The notes under the pieces were generated by a model, which saw only the letters and a list, made by a program, of their open reading frames with translations, had not been told where the DNA came from and searched no databases. Of a stretch of 64,000 nucleotides of DNA, positions 10,856-23,958 are shown in pieces; within the stretch, counting starts at the first letter, position 1, and each line of letters starts with the position of its first letter. The stretch is from positions 142,104,001-142,168,000 of the forward strand of contig NC_042999.1 of the NCBI RefSeq assembly GCF_006345805.1, in the 5' to 3' direction. This DNA comes from Octopus sinensis (taxonomy: Eukaryota). Made by a program: the position numbers and the translations under genes.

Positions 10856-11172
10856 TACAAGGTTTTGGTCACACCGAGGCTATAGTAGAAGACACTCGCC
10901 CAAGGTGCGACGCAGCGGGACTGAACCCGGAACAATGTAGTTGGAAAGCAAGTTTCTTACCACACAGCCACTCCTGCACCTGCATGCGTGTGTATGTTTG
11001 TGTGTGTGTGTGTGTGTGTCTGCGTGCGGTAAGTAGCTTGCTTACCAACCACATGGTTCCGGATTCAGTCTCACTGCGTGGAACCTTGAGCAAGTGTCTT
11101 CTACTATATCCTCGGGCCGACCAAAGCCTTGTGAGTAGATTTGGTAGACGGAAACTGAAAGAAGCCCGTCGT
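10856..11172. mobile_element. Two SINE family 1 5' halves, head to head (10856-10982 minus; 11025-11172 plus)
   Basis: Both match the family 1 head and body; separated by (TG)n. Confidence 0.75.
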
Positions 11173-11284
11173 GTAAATATATATATATGTGTGTGTGTGT
11201 GTATGTATGTATATATATATATATATTATATATATATATTATATATATATATATAATATATATATATATATAATATATATATAT

Positions 11285-12157
11285 AAACGTAGTCGAGAAC
11301 AGAGACAGCCCCTATACGTGGCCTTCATCGACCTGGCAGGTGGTGAACGAGTTCACTTACCTGGGATCGACGGTCTCCAGCAGCCTGTCCCTCGAGCCGG
11401 AGCTGAACAGACGGATTGGGAAGGCTGCTGCTGCCATGGCTAAGCTCTCCAGGAGAGTGTGGGTAAACAACATGCTCACAATAACCACCAAGATCGCAGT
11501 ATACCGAGCCTGCGTGCTGAGCACCCTACTCTACGGCAGCGAGAGCTGGACAACATACACCCGGCAAGAATGCCGCCTCAGCGGCTTCCACATGCGGTGT
11601 CTTCGACGGATCCTTGGCATCTCCTGGAAGGACCGAGTACCAAACGGAGTCATCCTAGAACAGACTAATATGCCAAGCATGCTTGCCCTCCTCGTGCGGA
11701 GACGACTGCGCTGGCTCGGACACGTCTGCCGCATGCAGGACGGTCGCATGCCTAAAGACATCCTGTACAGCGAACTCACCACGGGATCCCGACCCAAGGG
11801 ACGTCCACAGCTACGATACAGGGATGTGTGCAAGCGCGACCTGAGGACTGCCAACATCTGTGTGGACACGTGGGAGGTAACTGCTGCTGACCGCTCTGCC
11901 TGGCGTCGGACAGTGAGGAAAGGCGTTTCCATGGCTGAGGAAAGGAGAGCACAGCTGTGGTCGGACAGGCGGGACAGGAGGAGGACAACTGCAGCAACAC
12001 CCTACACGTACCCATCGATGTTCGTGTGCAGCAACTGTACCAGGGACTGCCACTCTAGAATTGGACTGTTCAGTCACAGCAGACGCTGCTCATCATCAAA
12101 GTAGGCCCCACCCTTGGCGCGACCCATTGTCTATCCAGACAGACGGGAGAGAAAGGA
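11285..12157 (+). mobile_element. RTE/BovB-like LINE 3' fragment, 5'-truncated, with internal deletion of the RT core
   Basis: KRSREQRQPLYVAFIDL joined directly to EVVNEFTYLGS...LLYGSESW...RRLRWLGHV...GRPQLRYRD...CSNCTRDCHSRIGLFSH; 254-aa open frame. Confidence 0.92.
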
Positions 12158-12195
12158 ATATATATAAATGTGTGTGTGTGTGTGTGTGCGTGTGT

Positions 12196-12410
12196 ATTCT
12201 TTTACTCTTTTACTTGTTTCAGTCATTTGACTGCGACCATGCTGGGACATCGCCTTTTAGTCGAATAAATCAGCCCCAGGACTTATTCTTTGTAAGCCTA
12301 GTAATTATTCTATCGGTCACTTTTGCCGAATTGCAACGTTACAGGGACGTAAACTCACCAACATCGTTTGTCAAGCGATGGTGGGAAGACAAATCCAGAC
12401 ATACAAATAT
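12196..12410 (-). mobile_element. SINE family 1, 3' half
   Basis: cttttacttgtttcagtcatttgactgcg.ccatgctgg... motif, as at 22943, 48258 and 63508. Confidence 0.75.
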
Positions 12411-12411
12411 A

Positions 12412-12454
<43 letters not shown>

Positions 12455-12457
12455 TAT

Positions 12458-12659
12458 AGTTAATCCAAACAAGAAAGCACAAAAAACACAACAACGCGAG
12501 GACGTGGAACAAATATAGTATTATTGGACGCTCAGGAAAAAAGGAAAGAAGGAGGGTTTAACGTTTCGAGCGGAGCTCTTCGTCGGAAACATAGGATAAG
12601 GAAAGATCCAGAGAAGGGAAGACAGAGGGAAAAAAATCGCCAACGGTACACACGCGGTC

Positions 12660-12660
<1 letters not shown>
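12458..12660 (-). mobile_element. Short (TA)n-flanked PLE-like segment (family C); diverged relative at 40735-40925
   Basis: Shares tatt..gacgctc and acgtttcgagc blocks with family A and the 40.8-kb copy; contains an HHR motif. Confidence 0.55.
12556..12590 (-). ncRNA. Minimal type I hammerhead-like motif, family C (core CCGACGA)
   Basis: GUUU-CCGACGA-A-GAGC(UCC)GCUC-GAA-ACGU-U-AAAC. Confidence 0.6.
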
Positions 12661-12693
<33 letters not shown>

Positions 12694-12703
12694 ATGTATG
12701 TAC

Positions 12704-12762
<59 letters not shown>

Positions 12763-12765
12763 ATA

Positions 12766-12920
12766 TACGACGGGCTGCTTTCAGTTTCCGTCAACCAAAT
12801 CTATTCACAAGGCTATGGTCGGCCCGAGGATATATTAAAACATTCGCCCAATGCGCCATGTAGTAGGACTCAACCCGGAACCATGAGGTTTGGGAAGCAG
12901 GCTTCTTACTATAGCCCCGC
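12766..12920 (-). mobile_element. SINE family 1, 5' half, diverged
   Basis: cgacgggc...ttcagtttccgtc.accaaatc...aacccggaaccatg. Confidence 0.7.
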
Positions 12921-13020
12921 TGATGTATATACATTCGATCAGCTGACCGTAATGATCAAGAATAAGAAACAGGTAGCAGCGTAGGTATATTCAGTTTTTG
13001 TTATCTTCTTACATGACCAG

Positions 13021-13107
13021 ATGTTACGACTTCCGTTTCGTCAGAGAAGACTGGTAGATACTTGGACACGCTGTCTGTATATACTGTAATCCTAAAAGTG
13101 AGAGAAG
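13021..13107 (+). other. Candidate internal exon (phase 1-1, 87 bp), unknown product
   Basis: Pyrimidine tract then ccag acceptor; AAG|gtaagc donor; one open frame (VTTSVSSEKTGRYLDTLSVYTVILKVRE). No recognisable homology. Confidence 0.2.
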
Positions 13108-13883
13108 GTAAGCACGGATCAGACTGTAAATAAATAAATGCAGGGAAACGAGTACGAAAGACTTGCTAATGATTATAAGTTCATATCAAAACCTGATGCT
13201 GCAACTAACACAACCATAACCGTTGCAGCAGATCAGTGCATGGAAACACCCGAATTAGTTGTGGAATCGGGTTAATAAAGGCTGGATTAGTGATGCTTGA
13301 TTGTATAATATATTCTATTTCCGAGTAAATTATGCTCCTGACAGTCAGATGCACTATATGTAACTTGAATTTATTTTTATGTGTGCCTCTGCATTAGATG
13401 TACGAATTATTTCATGTATGTCCTTGTATTAGCTGAAAGAAATAAAAACAGATTTAGAGTGTATTATTGCACTAAATCTGAGTCTTTTGATTTCTATGAG
13501 CCACCTTGCTTATCGCTTTGCCAAAAAATGAAAAGGAAAAAAAGAACGTATTAAGTAATAGCTCATCTCTATACGTTTATTTTACATTTTATATTTAAAA
13601 TTGCACACCAGAATCACATGTCGCCAACACAAAATATGTATATCAAGCATTGTTCGCTAGATTATTTAAGGAGCTGTTTCCAATAAGAGCAACATTTCAA
13701 ATCTAGGTTTATTACCAGATGAAGTAGTATCTAAATTTCACATCTAGTCAGAGCTTACGTCCAGTTAGGTCATGTACACCATCAGTTTCTGTGCTACGGA
13801 GTCTATAAACAGTGCCTCGCACGATTTAGTTAGTCTGCTAATGAAGGCAACACATGGCCATAAACTTTGGAGCATCAGAATAT

Positions 13884-13921
<38 letters not shown>

Positions 13922-14219
13922 TTAACGTTCGTTTTCCACGCTAGCATGGGTTGGAGGGTTTGCCGGGGTCTGGAAGCTATGGAGGTTGCACCAGGCTCTA
14001 GTCTGATTTGGCAGTGTTTCCACAGCTGGATGCCCTTCCTAACGCCAACCACTCCGTGAGTGTAGTGGGTGCTTTTTACGTGCCACTGGCACAGGGGCTA
14101 GAGCAGGCTGGCAAACGGTCACGATCGGTTGGTACTTTACGTGTCACCGACACGGACGCCAGTCAGGCGGCGCTGGCATCTGCCACGTTCGGACGGTGCT
14201 TTTTACGTGTCACCGGCAC
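13884..14219 (-). mobile_element. RTE LINE 3' tail fragment
   Basis: (CAT)n tail, ggatgcccttcctaacgccaacc RTE-tail motif and the 62-bp units seen at 1-170. Confidence 0.8.
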
Positions 14220-14229
14220 GCGCGCGCGC

Positions 14230-14260
<31 letters not shown>

Positions 14261-14305
14261 TGTGTGTGCGTATGTGTGTACGTATGTGTGCCTGCGTATG
14301 TGCCT

Positions 14306-14374
<69 letters not shown>

Positions 14375-16638
14375 AATAAAATAGAACATATGCATATATA
14401 TAAACATATATGTACGTACCTACCTCTACATGTACATATACACGCATATATGAGTACAGGACACCAAAAAGACGTCGAACACATAGAGAGACGAAAAACA
14501 TAGACACAAACCAAGGAACAAGACAAGCAAAAAAAAGAGATACAGGACAATAAGCACAACGAAAAATCCCCTTCTTCAGTCGCTAAGGTTTCATCTACTA
14601 AACGTTTAAATAAAAGTATTAATGCATGTATATATAAATGTGTATAATTTTATACACACACACATGCGCACACGCACACATACACACACACACATACATA
14701 CACACATGTACGCATGTATTTTGTTTGTTTAAGTGGTCTCAAGTTACTGCTTGTCTTTTCGTCATCAACTGATTAAATTTATATAGGAATAACCTGTTTT
14801 AAAGTTCACTGTTTGCACAAACTCCATTTTACAATACTGCCACCAACCTTCTTTAATGATTCTTCATTGATACCCCCACTCTCTCTCTCTCACTCTCTTT
14901 CTTTCTTTCTTTCTTTCTTTCTTTATTTATTTATTTATTTATCTCTGTCTCTCTCTCTTTCTCTCGTCACATATATGCAATAATCTCTCTCACTCTCCCC
15001 CTCTTTCTGTCTCTCCCTCTATATTTCTCTCCCTCCTCTCTCTGAGATTGTAACCTAGCAATTGTTTTCTGTCTCGTCATGTCTAACTTTTCTCCCCACC
15101 GTTTCCCTCTTTAATTACACACCTCGTAGTCTGGTCACTCTCACATTTAACCACATTCTGCCAGCATTCTTCTCTCCAAATTTGTCATGTCCTTTAACAT
15201 TCTTTGAACTGCTTCGTCTTTCTCAAGACATTTCTTCTATTTTCCCCTCTGTCTCTTCTGGCAGATTTCTTTTCCTCTCCTGCTTTTACCTTTTCTCCCT
15301 TCCCACCACACACACACACACTACTTTCAGACACAAACACACTCTTGAACTCATCTCACTATTAATGGTCCTTCTCCCCTTTATGTTCGACCATCCTCTG
15401 GACCTTCTGACAGTCAATACTGACATGTTCATCTCAAACCAACGATAATGGAGCGACAGATTATTTAATTTTCTCAAACAGATTATTAGAACGAATAAAT
15501 GCATGAACATTTACAATCAATGACCAATTGTTTTACAGTTTATGCATATCGTTTCAAAGCCACAATTTGAATACAGAAATATTGCTGTTCAAATCATATT
15601 TGTACAAAATATATAACGTTGATTGTGTCTGATATGTGTCCTTGATTGGAATACGAATATTTATGTCAATAGAACATTGGGTAGTCGTTTAATAGGACAT
15701 TAGGCACGCAGTCAAAAGATCGGTGGTTCTTAGCATATCCCTCTCGCTATATGGCGTCAATGGTTACAATACTCAACACTGCGTGTAGTGTTGCAAGCGT
15801 AAATGAAGCGTTTATTGTATTCCACAGGGCAGTTTGACATTCACTACAGCAGACAGTGACTACGCAGTAAAATTGTGTGTTTTGCTCAGAATAGCTACTA
15901 AATGAAAATCGTCTTGTGGTTTGTCAGAAAGCAAAGTGAAACAACTGTAGTTGTCATATAAGGTCAGGAAACTACAATGATTAAGATATAACCACATACT
16001 AAAGAACAATTGTGTGGGCCCTTTTGTGGTTTGCTTCACTGGATAGAAATAGCAGCTCAATCTCCCAAAATTAAACCCTGTCTTCTTCAAAGAGAAATGA
16101 TGTATTGAACATTGTAATACTTGATATGCAAAAAGACAGGCTGAATATATGCAGATCATCTCTTATCATAAATCAGCTCTATTTGGGTTGATTTGGAGCG
16201 AAAACAAGAACAGCAACTCACTCCGGTCTTGAATATCATTTAGACACTGAATATCTAATACTACAAAATCCAACGAGAAAAAGACTGTAAAGTGTGATTC
16301 GCGGGTGATTTAGTAGCTATTTTGAATAGATCGAGTGACTGCGTAGAGCTATCATGTCTGTTGACAGAGATCGTTTTCAGCAGACATCAATTTGATTTCA
16401 GTTATGTGGCAGGACTCGTAGCTGAGACGATAAGGTGTCGGGATGGTTCATTGTTTATGTCATCTCACAGGAATTTATTATGTCCTTGACAAAAGTATCA
16501 CTCTTACGAGTTTCGGCCATTCGGCTTTAAACAGATAACAACAAATTTGGGATTGTACGATACAAAGCTTTTAAGTAGCCAGAGTATTGTAGAATTGACG
16601 AGAATTTTTTTTTTATCTATCTGCCTACATTTCCTCAG

Positions 16639-16770
16639 AGCATAAAACAGCTACAGTGACGAAAAACCAACTTACTACCTTTCACTCAAGAAAACCTACT
16701 CCGTATGCTCTCGTCAGGTGCAACGCCTGTTGTAATTTTTACAGTTTGTTATTCAGCAAACTTATGAATC
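16639..16770 (+). other. Candidate internal exon (phase 1-1, 132 bp), unknown product
   Basis: Long pyrimidine tract then ctcag acceptor; C|gtaagc donor; only one frame open. No recognisable homology. Confidence 0.2.
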
Positions 16771-19016
16771 GTAAGCAGTTACTTAGATACTTAGTTTGAA
16801 AATCTAGTGCCAGCACAACAGATGTATCCGAGTTTATAAGATGTTCCCAATCTTGGTTTAGTTGACCTTCGTTCAGTTAGCGTTTCAATCTGGTGCACGC
16901 AACCCTAAGTTATGTGAATCTCATTTAAAAAAAAAAAACGATTTGGAATTTACTACGGGAGATTTGGCTGCCATTTTGTGTAAGTATGTAAAATTTCTGC
17001 CGCTAGGATTAACCAGAGTTATCCAATAGCAGCAGCAACAATAAAGCAGCAAAGCAACAGTACAAACACATGTTTTCAATAAATAATATCATTGAGATAA
17101 TCTTTATCGGATTAACGTTAACTTTTATAAACTGCTTACACGGGACTTTGTCAGAAGGGCGATTAAGATAATTATGTTGCGTAACAGTTAGTTGTTAGAT
17201 AAGTAATTTCTGCTTCAAATCAATCTAGTTTTATTACTCCCAGCAACAAAATTTATTGGCAACTACCGATTACTTAGCAATTTATTTAGATGTAACAGTT
17301 AATATAAGGTTGCTTGATGACTGTTTCGACTCAAATTTCAATTTCAGTTTTGATATAGAATTTCAGTTTCAGCTATTCGCCCACAAAAAACATTGATGAT
17401 CAATGGAGATACACGATATCAAGGGGAAAACATTCAATTTTTCCGTTGTCTAATTGAATTGGACATTGGATATGAAAGAAATCAAGTTTACTGTTCGCTT
17501 CTCAACCAGAAGGGGACTGGTCCTTTAGATAAATAAAAGAAGTAGTGAAGACACAACTGGAGTCCTTTAACAAGGTTTGCACGAACTGGCTAAAGCACTT
17601 CAGCGGCATTAGAAAGCCCTAGAGGTGATCTGAAGGAGAGAAAACGGTTTTCAAATTATGAAGATATGCTGGAGGAATATATATACTCAAAGATATGTAT
17701 TTGCATAGGCACACACGCATATATATGTACACATACACACAGACACTCGCGCACATATATGCGTATATGATCGATTAGTTTAAAAGTTCGCTTAGCTGCC
17801 ACCAGATTCCAGGTTCGGTGCTCCTGTATGTGTCATCTTAAGCGAATGTAATTTCCTATTGCATCGTGTAGGACCATACTTAGTGAGTGAAATCGAATGG
17901 ACGGAAACTGTATAGAACCCTGTCAGATGGACTGTACCTGTAATTCAAATACACATCCTTGTCTCACACTGTCACACTGATTCTGCCCGAAAATTACATT
18001 AAGAGTTCAGTTGTGTCTGGTATTCTCAGCCATTTATGCGTTAATTCAAGAGCAGGTAATTCAGTTGATTGGACAATTGAGTCGTCATGGTCGAAAACGG
18101 CGGAGAACTATTCATACTCTTTCGTTCTTTTACCAGTTTCTGTCATTGGGCGAAATCTTGAAAAGTTTAGTCAAACAAACCGACTTCACCGTTTTAAATA
18201 TGGTGCTTATTCTATTGGTCTCTTTTGCTGAAGTGCTAAGTTATGGGCATATGAACACCCAACACCGGTTGTCCAGTGGTGGATGGACAAACACAAGGCC
18301 ACACACACACACACACACACACACATTGTGTCCGTCTACCAAACTGGTCATCCCAGGAATATAAAAGAACAAAATGCCGCGCAGTAGGACTGAATCCAGA
18401 ACCACTTGGTTGCGAAACGAACTTGAGAATCACGCTAAGAATACACCTGTCTGTGGAATACTCAACTATTTATACGCCAATTTAATGAACAGATAATTAA
18501 TTGAACTACTGAATCGTTACCATATATATCATATAATTATTGTTATTTTATACATAATACAATTTTCTTTATTGGATCAACAAAGAGATACAGTCCACTG
18601 CCTCATGTGTTTCTTTTTTGAAACGAAGTTTGTTTTAGTTGCTGTAGTCGTTTTCAATATATTAGTCGGTAACTTCATACTTCACTTTATCCGATCTGCC
18701 CAGCAGCATTTGTCAAACATGGCGATAGTTGATTTATGTAAGACGTGAATATTTTGTTCAAAGAACTCAGTTGTGTCGAAGCAACAAGACAACGAATACA
18801 TGTTGAGACACATAATGTTTGTGTAATGGATTAGCTTGTAAAATATCAATAGATGTCATATTAACGAGCACGTACGGATTTGTAAAGTACGCATTTTAAC
18901 ACCCTCTACTGTAGAGCGAGAGGGAGATGAAAGGTAGAGTCGAGTCGTTGGGATCTGAACTCTGTAGGTTTACGCCAGTTACTGTAACAATTAAGCTATA
19001 TTTAATATATTCAATA

Positions 19017-19272
19017 AAAAAAGATGAACTGAAGGCATGGATTATGGCAGCATTCACCAACTTAAACAAGGAGACTGTCCAAAAGAGTTGCAGAAGATTC
19101 CGAAGCCATCTGGAGGCCGTAGTTGAAGCCGATGGCGATTTTATTAAATAAATTTACTCTGTAATACTTCAAGATATTTTTTATGTAATTTTGGTAAATA
19201 TATTTGTTAAAATGAGATGTCAGTGTTATTTTTCTTTTTGCGTAATTTAGACTGTTTATTCACCGCAACCTA
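19017..19272 (+). mobile_element. Tc1/mariner 3' end with transposase C-terminus
   Basis: KDELKAWIMAAFTNLNKETVQKSCRRFRSHLEAVVEADGDFIK-stop matches the Tc1/mariner C-terminal pattern; decayed TIR-like end. Confidence 0.8.
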
Positions 19273-19378
19273 GAAAATAACTAAGTAGCAGTAATTATGC
19301 ATTGACACACACACACCACACCCACACGTCCATTTAATATACACACACACGTCCATTTCATATACACGTACACACATC

Positions 19379-20014
19379 TTTCATTTTCTCCTCTGTTCAC
19401 TTTCTGCTCTCACTTCAAAGTAAATGTCACTTTTCACTTTCTCCTCTCTTTCAATTTCTCCTCTCTTGAAATCATAAAGAAATATAAAATATTCAAGGAA
19501 ATTAACGAACTATCATATGATCCCATATGATTGCCCATATGATCGAGTTGACAAATTTGCTGTTTCAAACGAAAGAATGCCATAAAATAACTTCCTTTGA
19601 CACACACACACACGCACACATACTCTCACACATACACACACATGCACAAACACACTCTAGGTAAAACGTCTGTACGAATTATATTCAGCTCAAATCCAAC
19701 TGAAATTATGTTTTTCTATTCTGCAATTCGTGTTTGTGATGAGCGAATTTAAAAGCTTGTCCTCTACCTACTGTTTCTAGCATATCTGAGGTGATATTTG
19801 CGTCCACGACCTTAGTTTTTTCCTGAATTTCTTCCGATTCCTATGTTTTCAATACAAGAGATTAGGATTTCGCCGAAAAAGCACGTTCTCAATATTTTAA
19901 ATTTCTCCTTTCCCAGCCCAATTTCTTCATTTTTTACTGTTTTCCAAATTTTTTTCTTGGTAATCCACGGAGATTTGAAGTGAGAGCAGAAAGTGAACAG
20001 AGGAGAAAATGAAA
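19379..20014. repeat. Perfect 41-bp inverted repeat with 554-bp spacer
   Basis: 19379-19419 tttcattttctcctctgttcactttctgctctcacttcaaa equals the reverse complement of 19974-20014. Confidence 0.9.
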
Positions 20015-22322
20015 AACAGAGAGTACGAATCTTAAAGAATTTTCTTCCTTTTTTCTTAAAGAAGGTCTAAAATCTCCTCAAACATTCACCCATTACCTCA
20101 CCACTTTCAAAAAGCTACAAACTCTCAATGTTTCAGTTTTAGCTTTTTAGAAAACGGGGAAGTTTCTTCAGTAATAATGTCGTTTACCTGTTGTTTCTCG
20201 CATGTCGGGTTTTCTGGTGGTGGTCTGGTAGCTTTTACGACTGTTATTTCAGTACAATTCTACGCATGCGTGAAACATCAGATAAAAGCCAAACATTGAA
20301 AGGTTTGAGCTTTTTTGAAAGCGGGTATGTGATGGGTGGGCGAAGTGCGGAAGGGGCATTGAGTGTTTCTTTAAGGAAAATGAAACTTTAAAACCTATAT
20401 ATATTCGTAATCTCTGTACTTTTCTACATAGAATAAAAAAAATTCGAAAAATGTTACAAATTAAGAAATTGCGGTAAGGACGGGGGGAAATTATAAGTTT
20501 AGAAACGTGAGTTCTAGATAAAATCGTATTAACCCCTTTTTATACAGTGAAACAATTCATTGTTTGTGATCCTTCTTCAGAACAGAAAGCACTTTCATGC
20601 AAACTCATGCAAATTGTACCCTCCCCTTCACTTTTAAACAAACTATAACTTCCATTACGCCAGTATTCGAGTTCACTTCTCTTTAATTCCCTTTTTCTCC
20701 CCTTCACCGTTTTCTCTCTGTTTCTATCTCTCCCCTCTTTCTCTGTTTCTGTCTTTCATTGCTCACACGTGACCATCGTCTATCTTTCTTTTCCTCACGT
20801 GATCATTTTTCTTTTCCTTCAGGACTGTCCTAAGGATTGGAGTATTCTATCTTTCCTATCTTTTCTCTTTTCAAAGAAAATATTTCTCCAGCGTTCGCTA
20901 TTTTACTCTCGTCTTGGTCTAACGACCTTCCATGCTTGCTTTTCGTTCGGTTTTCTTGTATGTCTCCACTGTCCTGTTTTTGTTCCCAACTTTGACCCTT
21001 CATAAATCCAAAATTTTATTTTGGTACTTATGGGAGCAACTGTCTTCGAAGACTCGAATTATCGTTCGATGCTCGAAATGAGGAGTAGATAGACAGCCGA
21101 CAACTGATGAAGGATCCTTTCTCTGTCTTTACTTGTCCTGTTCTCCATTTGTTTTTCTCGTTATTTGCGTATTGAACTCATTTTCATACATACACACACG
21201 GACATATATGGTGATCCTTCTTAGTTTTGCCAACCGAGTAGGATATTATTCATTTAGAACGTCTTTTAAGACCGAGCTAAAGATGTCCGTGGTTTTCACC
21301 ACTATTCTTGCGTTGAAAACCAAATCCATACAAATGTGCATTGTCTATTTGTACAGAAATTTCGATCGACTAATTATATTGGAGTTATAACCGTTACTAG
21401 CTTGAGGGAGTGATGGTTAAACATTCATAAAAGGAGTATTTGTCTTATAATTTGCTTGGGCAATCTCAGCAATCGGAGAGTTTTTCAACTCACTATACCA
21501 CATATGTAAGACAAGGTATTATTATTGTCACCAGACTATATCTGTCAGATATCTTCCTCCATCTAACTTATATTATCCAATTAAATGGTATTAGGAGGCT
21601 TACTATGGTTTTCAGTACTTTAGAAATGATATTTTGTGTAGATAGATCAATGTTTCAGAAATGTCTACATCGTTTATTCAGATATTTGTTATGTGTATAA
21701 AGAAGGTCTTTAGATAATTGTTTAATGGAATTAAAACAAACGGCTTTAACAGCCAACATTACTATCTGCACTATTAGCATCAGTCAGTATTTATATAACG
21801 TTGATATTGATTTCTTACATCAATAAGGTCAACTTTTGTAGGAGAGGAGTATAGTGAATTGGGTCGAAACCAGTAACTATTTTATCGAACCCCAAAGGCA
21901 GTAAGAACAGAGACGTTACTTCCAGGAACTGAATTCAGAAACAAATGAACGAAACAAAGCAGTGAAAATACAATGTATATTGGCAATTCATCCCCACATC
22001 TTAAAGTACGTATTTGAAGCTGCTATAAATTCTCTACTATATAGATTGAAAGCAGCAATTAAAAAGATTTAAATAATAAGATAAAACAATCGCATTCTAG
22101 ATCATTCCCCAGACTATGATTAATGATTGTATAGAAATGGTTGGCAGCATCAAAAACTTGCACTTTTGTTGGTGGGATCTGAATTCCCGATATTTGCCGC
22201 ATCTAATTCTGCGCTGCTACATTGCTTACGAAATAAATTTACCGTCGAACAACTACGCAATATTGCCAATTTAGAATTTCTATTGCTGGCTTTTATCTTA
22301 TTTTATGTTATTTTATTCGTAA

Positions 22323-22837
22323 CTAGCAGTATCGCCCGGCGTTGCTCGGGTTTGTAAGGGAAATAACTATATAAGCATTTTTAGAGAGTTACTTCCCTTA
22401 TAGATGCCAATTCGGGCTTTCTTAGCCATTTCTGTTTTGGTGTCTTCAAGCCATGAAGTCGTTGTTCTAAAAGAACGCTGGTCTCCTTGACAACGCTTTA
22501 CGACGTTGATTTCCTTACACTCCCTTCCCCACAGCTTCACGAGGGAGGGAAGAAGGGGGAGAAGCAAACACAGGTGCAGGTGTGACCATGGACGCCAACT
22601 CCGCCGCCATCGACACACGAAAAATTATGCATTAAAATGGAATAAAAAAGGATCTTAAATTATTTTTTAAATCGTAGACTCATCGTAGACGCGCGCTAAT
22701 ACTCAGATGGGCTCGATATGAATCACGACTATAAGATACCCGAATTTGGTTAAACTGCACCGCAAAATGTGGGAGTAGTTAGGAATCTAAATCGAAGCGG
22801 ACAGACACTCACACAACTACAGTTTTATATATATAGA
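22323..22837 (-). mobile_element. Non-autonomous Helitron, type A
   Basis: Reverse complement of 4701-5213 with TC and CTAG termini, hairpin and A|T target. Confidence 0.9.
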
Positions 22838-22942
22838 TTTATCCGAGATTTTTGAATCGCCTATCGAGAAATCGAATATAAATCCATGTATATGTGTATA
22901 TATATGTATATATGTATGTATATACGTATGTATTTTTAAAAT

Positions 22943-23105
22943 TCTTTTACTTGTTTCAGTCATTTGACTGCGGCCATGCTGGAGCACCACGTTTAGTCGA
23001 ACAAATCGCCTCCAGGACTTATTCTTTGTAAGCCTAGTACTTATTCTATCGGTTTCTTTTACCGAACTTCTAAGTTACGGGGACATAAACACACTAACAT
23101 CGGAT
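22943..23105 (-). mobile_element. SINE family 1, 3' half
   Basis: cttttacttgtttcagtcatttgactgcggccatgctggagcacc motif. Confidence 0.75.
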
Positions 23106-23830
23106 ATATATATATATATAGAGAGAGAGAGATAATTGTATTGGATGCAATTATATGTAGTGAAGATTTGCAGTGGTTGGACGTATTTAACGTCTATTTT
23201 CAGCATATGGGCATGGTAGCTTCCGTGCCCTTAAGTATAAGTCTGTCCTATACAATTAAATATCTCTATATATCTATTTTACCTAAAAGGTTATTTCTTA
23301 TATGCTGACCATTGATAAAATTCATTAATTTTAATGATTTTATCCTTTAATTATATTCAAATGTATCCCATTTACTTCGGGTCAGTTTATTCACTTCTGT
23401 ACTATTCTGACCAAATGCACACGTGTTGAGGTGGACTAGGAAAATTCTATGCGTATATATTTGTGTATATTTATACGTACTCACATTTTGCGTGTGTTTT
23501 TATGTAGGTATGTATAAATATTTTCCTTTATTTCACCCAGTATGTTTTGCTGCTGAAAGGAAAGTTATTAAATTAATCCAGAAATTGATCAATCTAAAAC
23601 TATCTCAATTTTTTTTAATGATTTTAAATCAGTCCGCTTTCCCGCTTTCAACCTGTGTATATATAGTGAAGATTTGCAATGGCTGGATGTATTTGACATG
23701 TCCTTAAGTATAATTGTATCCTATACAATTATATATCTCTATATATGTATTTTACCAAAAATGTTATCTTTTACATGCTGACCATTGATAAAATTCATTA
23801 ATTTGAATGATTTTATCATTTAATCATGTT

Positions 23831-23903
<73 letters not shown>

Positions 23904-23909
23904 GCGTGT

Positions 23910-23956
<47 letters not shown>

Positions 23957-23958
<2 letters not shown>

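Noticed and set aside
13138-13275. 45-aa ORF MQGNEYERLANDYKF... followed by AATAAA
   Set aside because: Short, has no pyrimidine tract at the possible acceptor, and the implied 36-bp intron from 13107 is implausibly small.
17959-18231. 90-aa ORF with faint fibronectin-III-like wording
   Set aside because: Lacks the diagnostic Trp/Leu/Tyr spacing, overlaps another long open frame, and its end runs into SINE sequence.
18860-18915. Possible DNA-transposon terminus (TACAGTAGAGGGTG on the minus strand)
   Set aside because: No matching second terminus or coding remnant could be identified.
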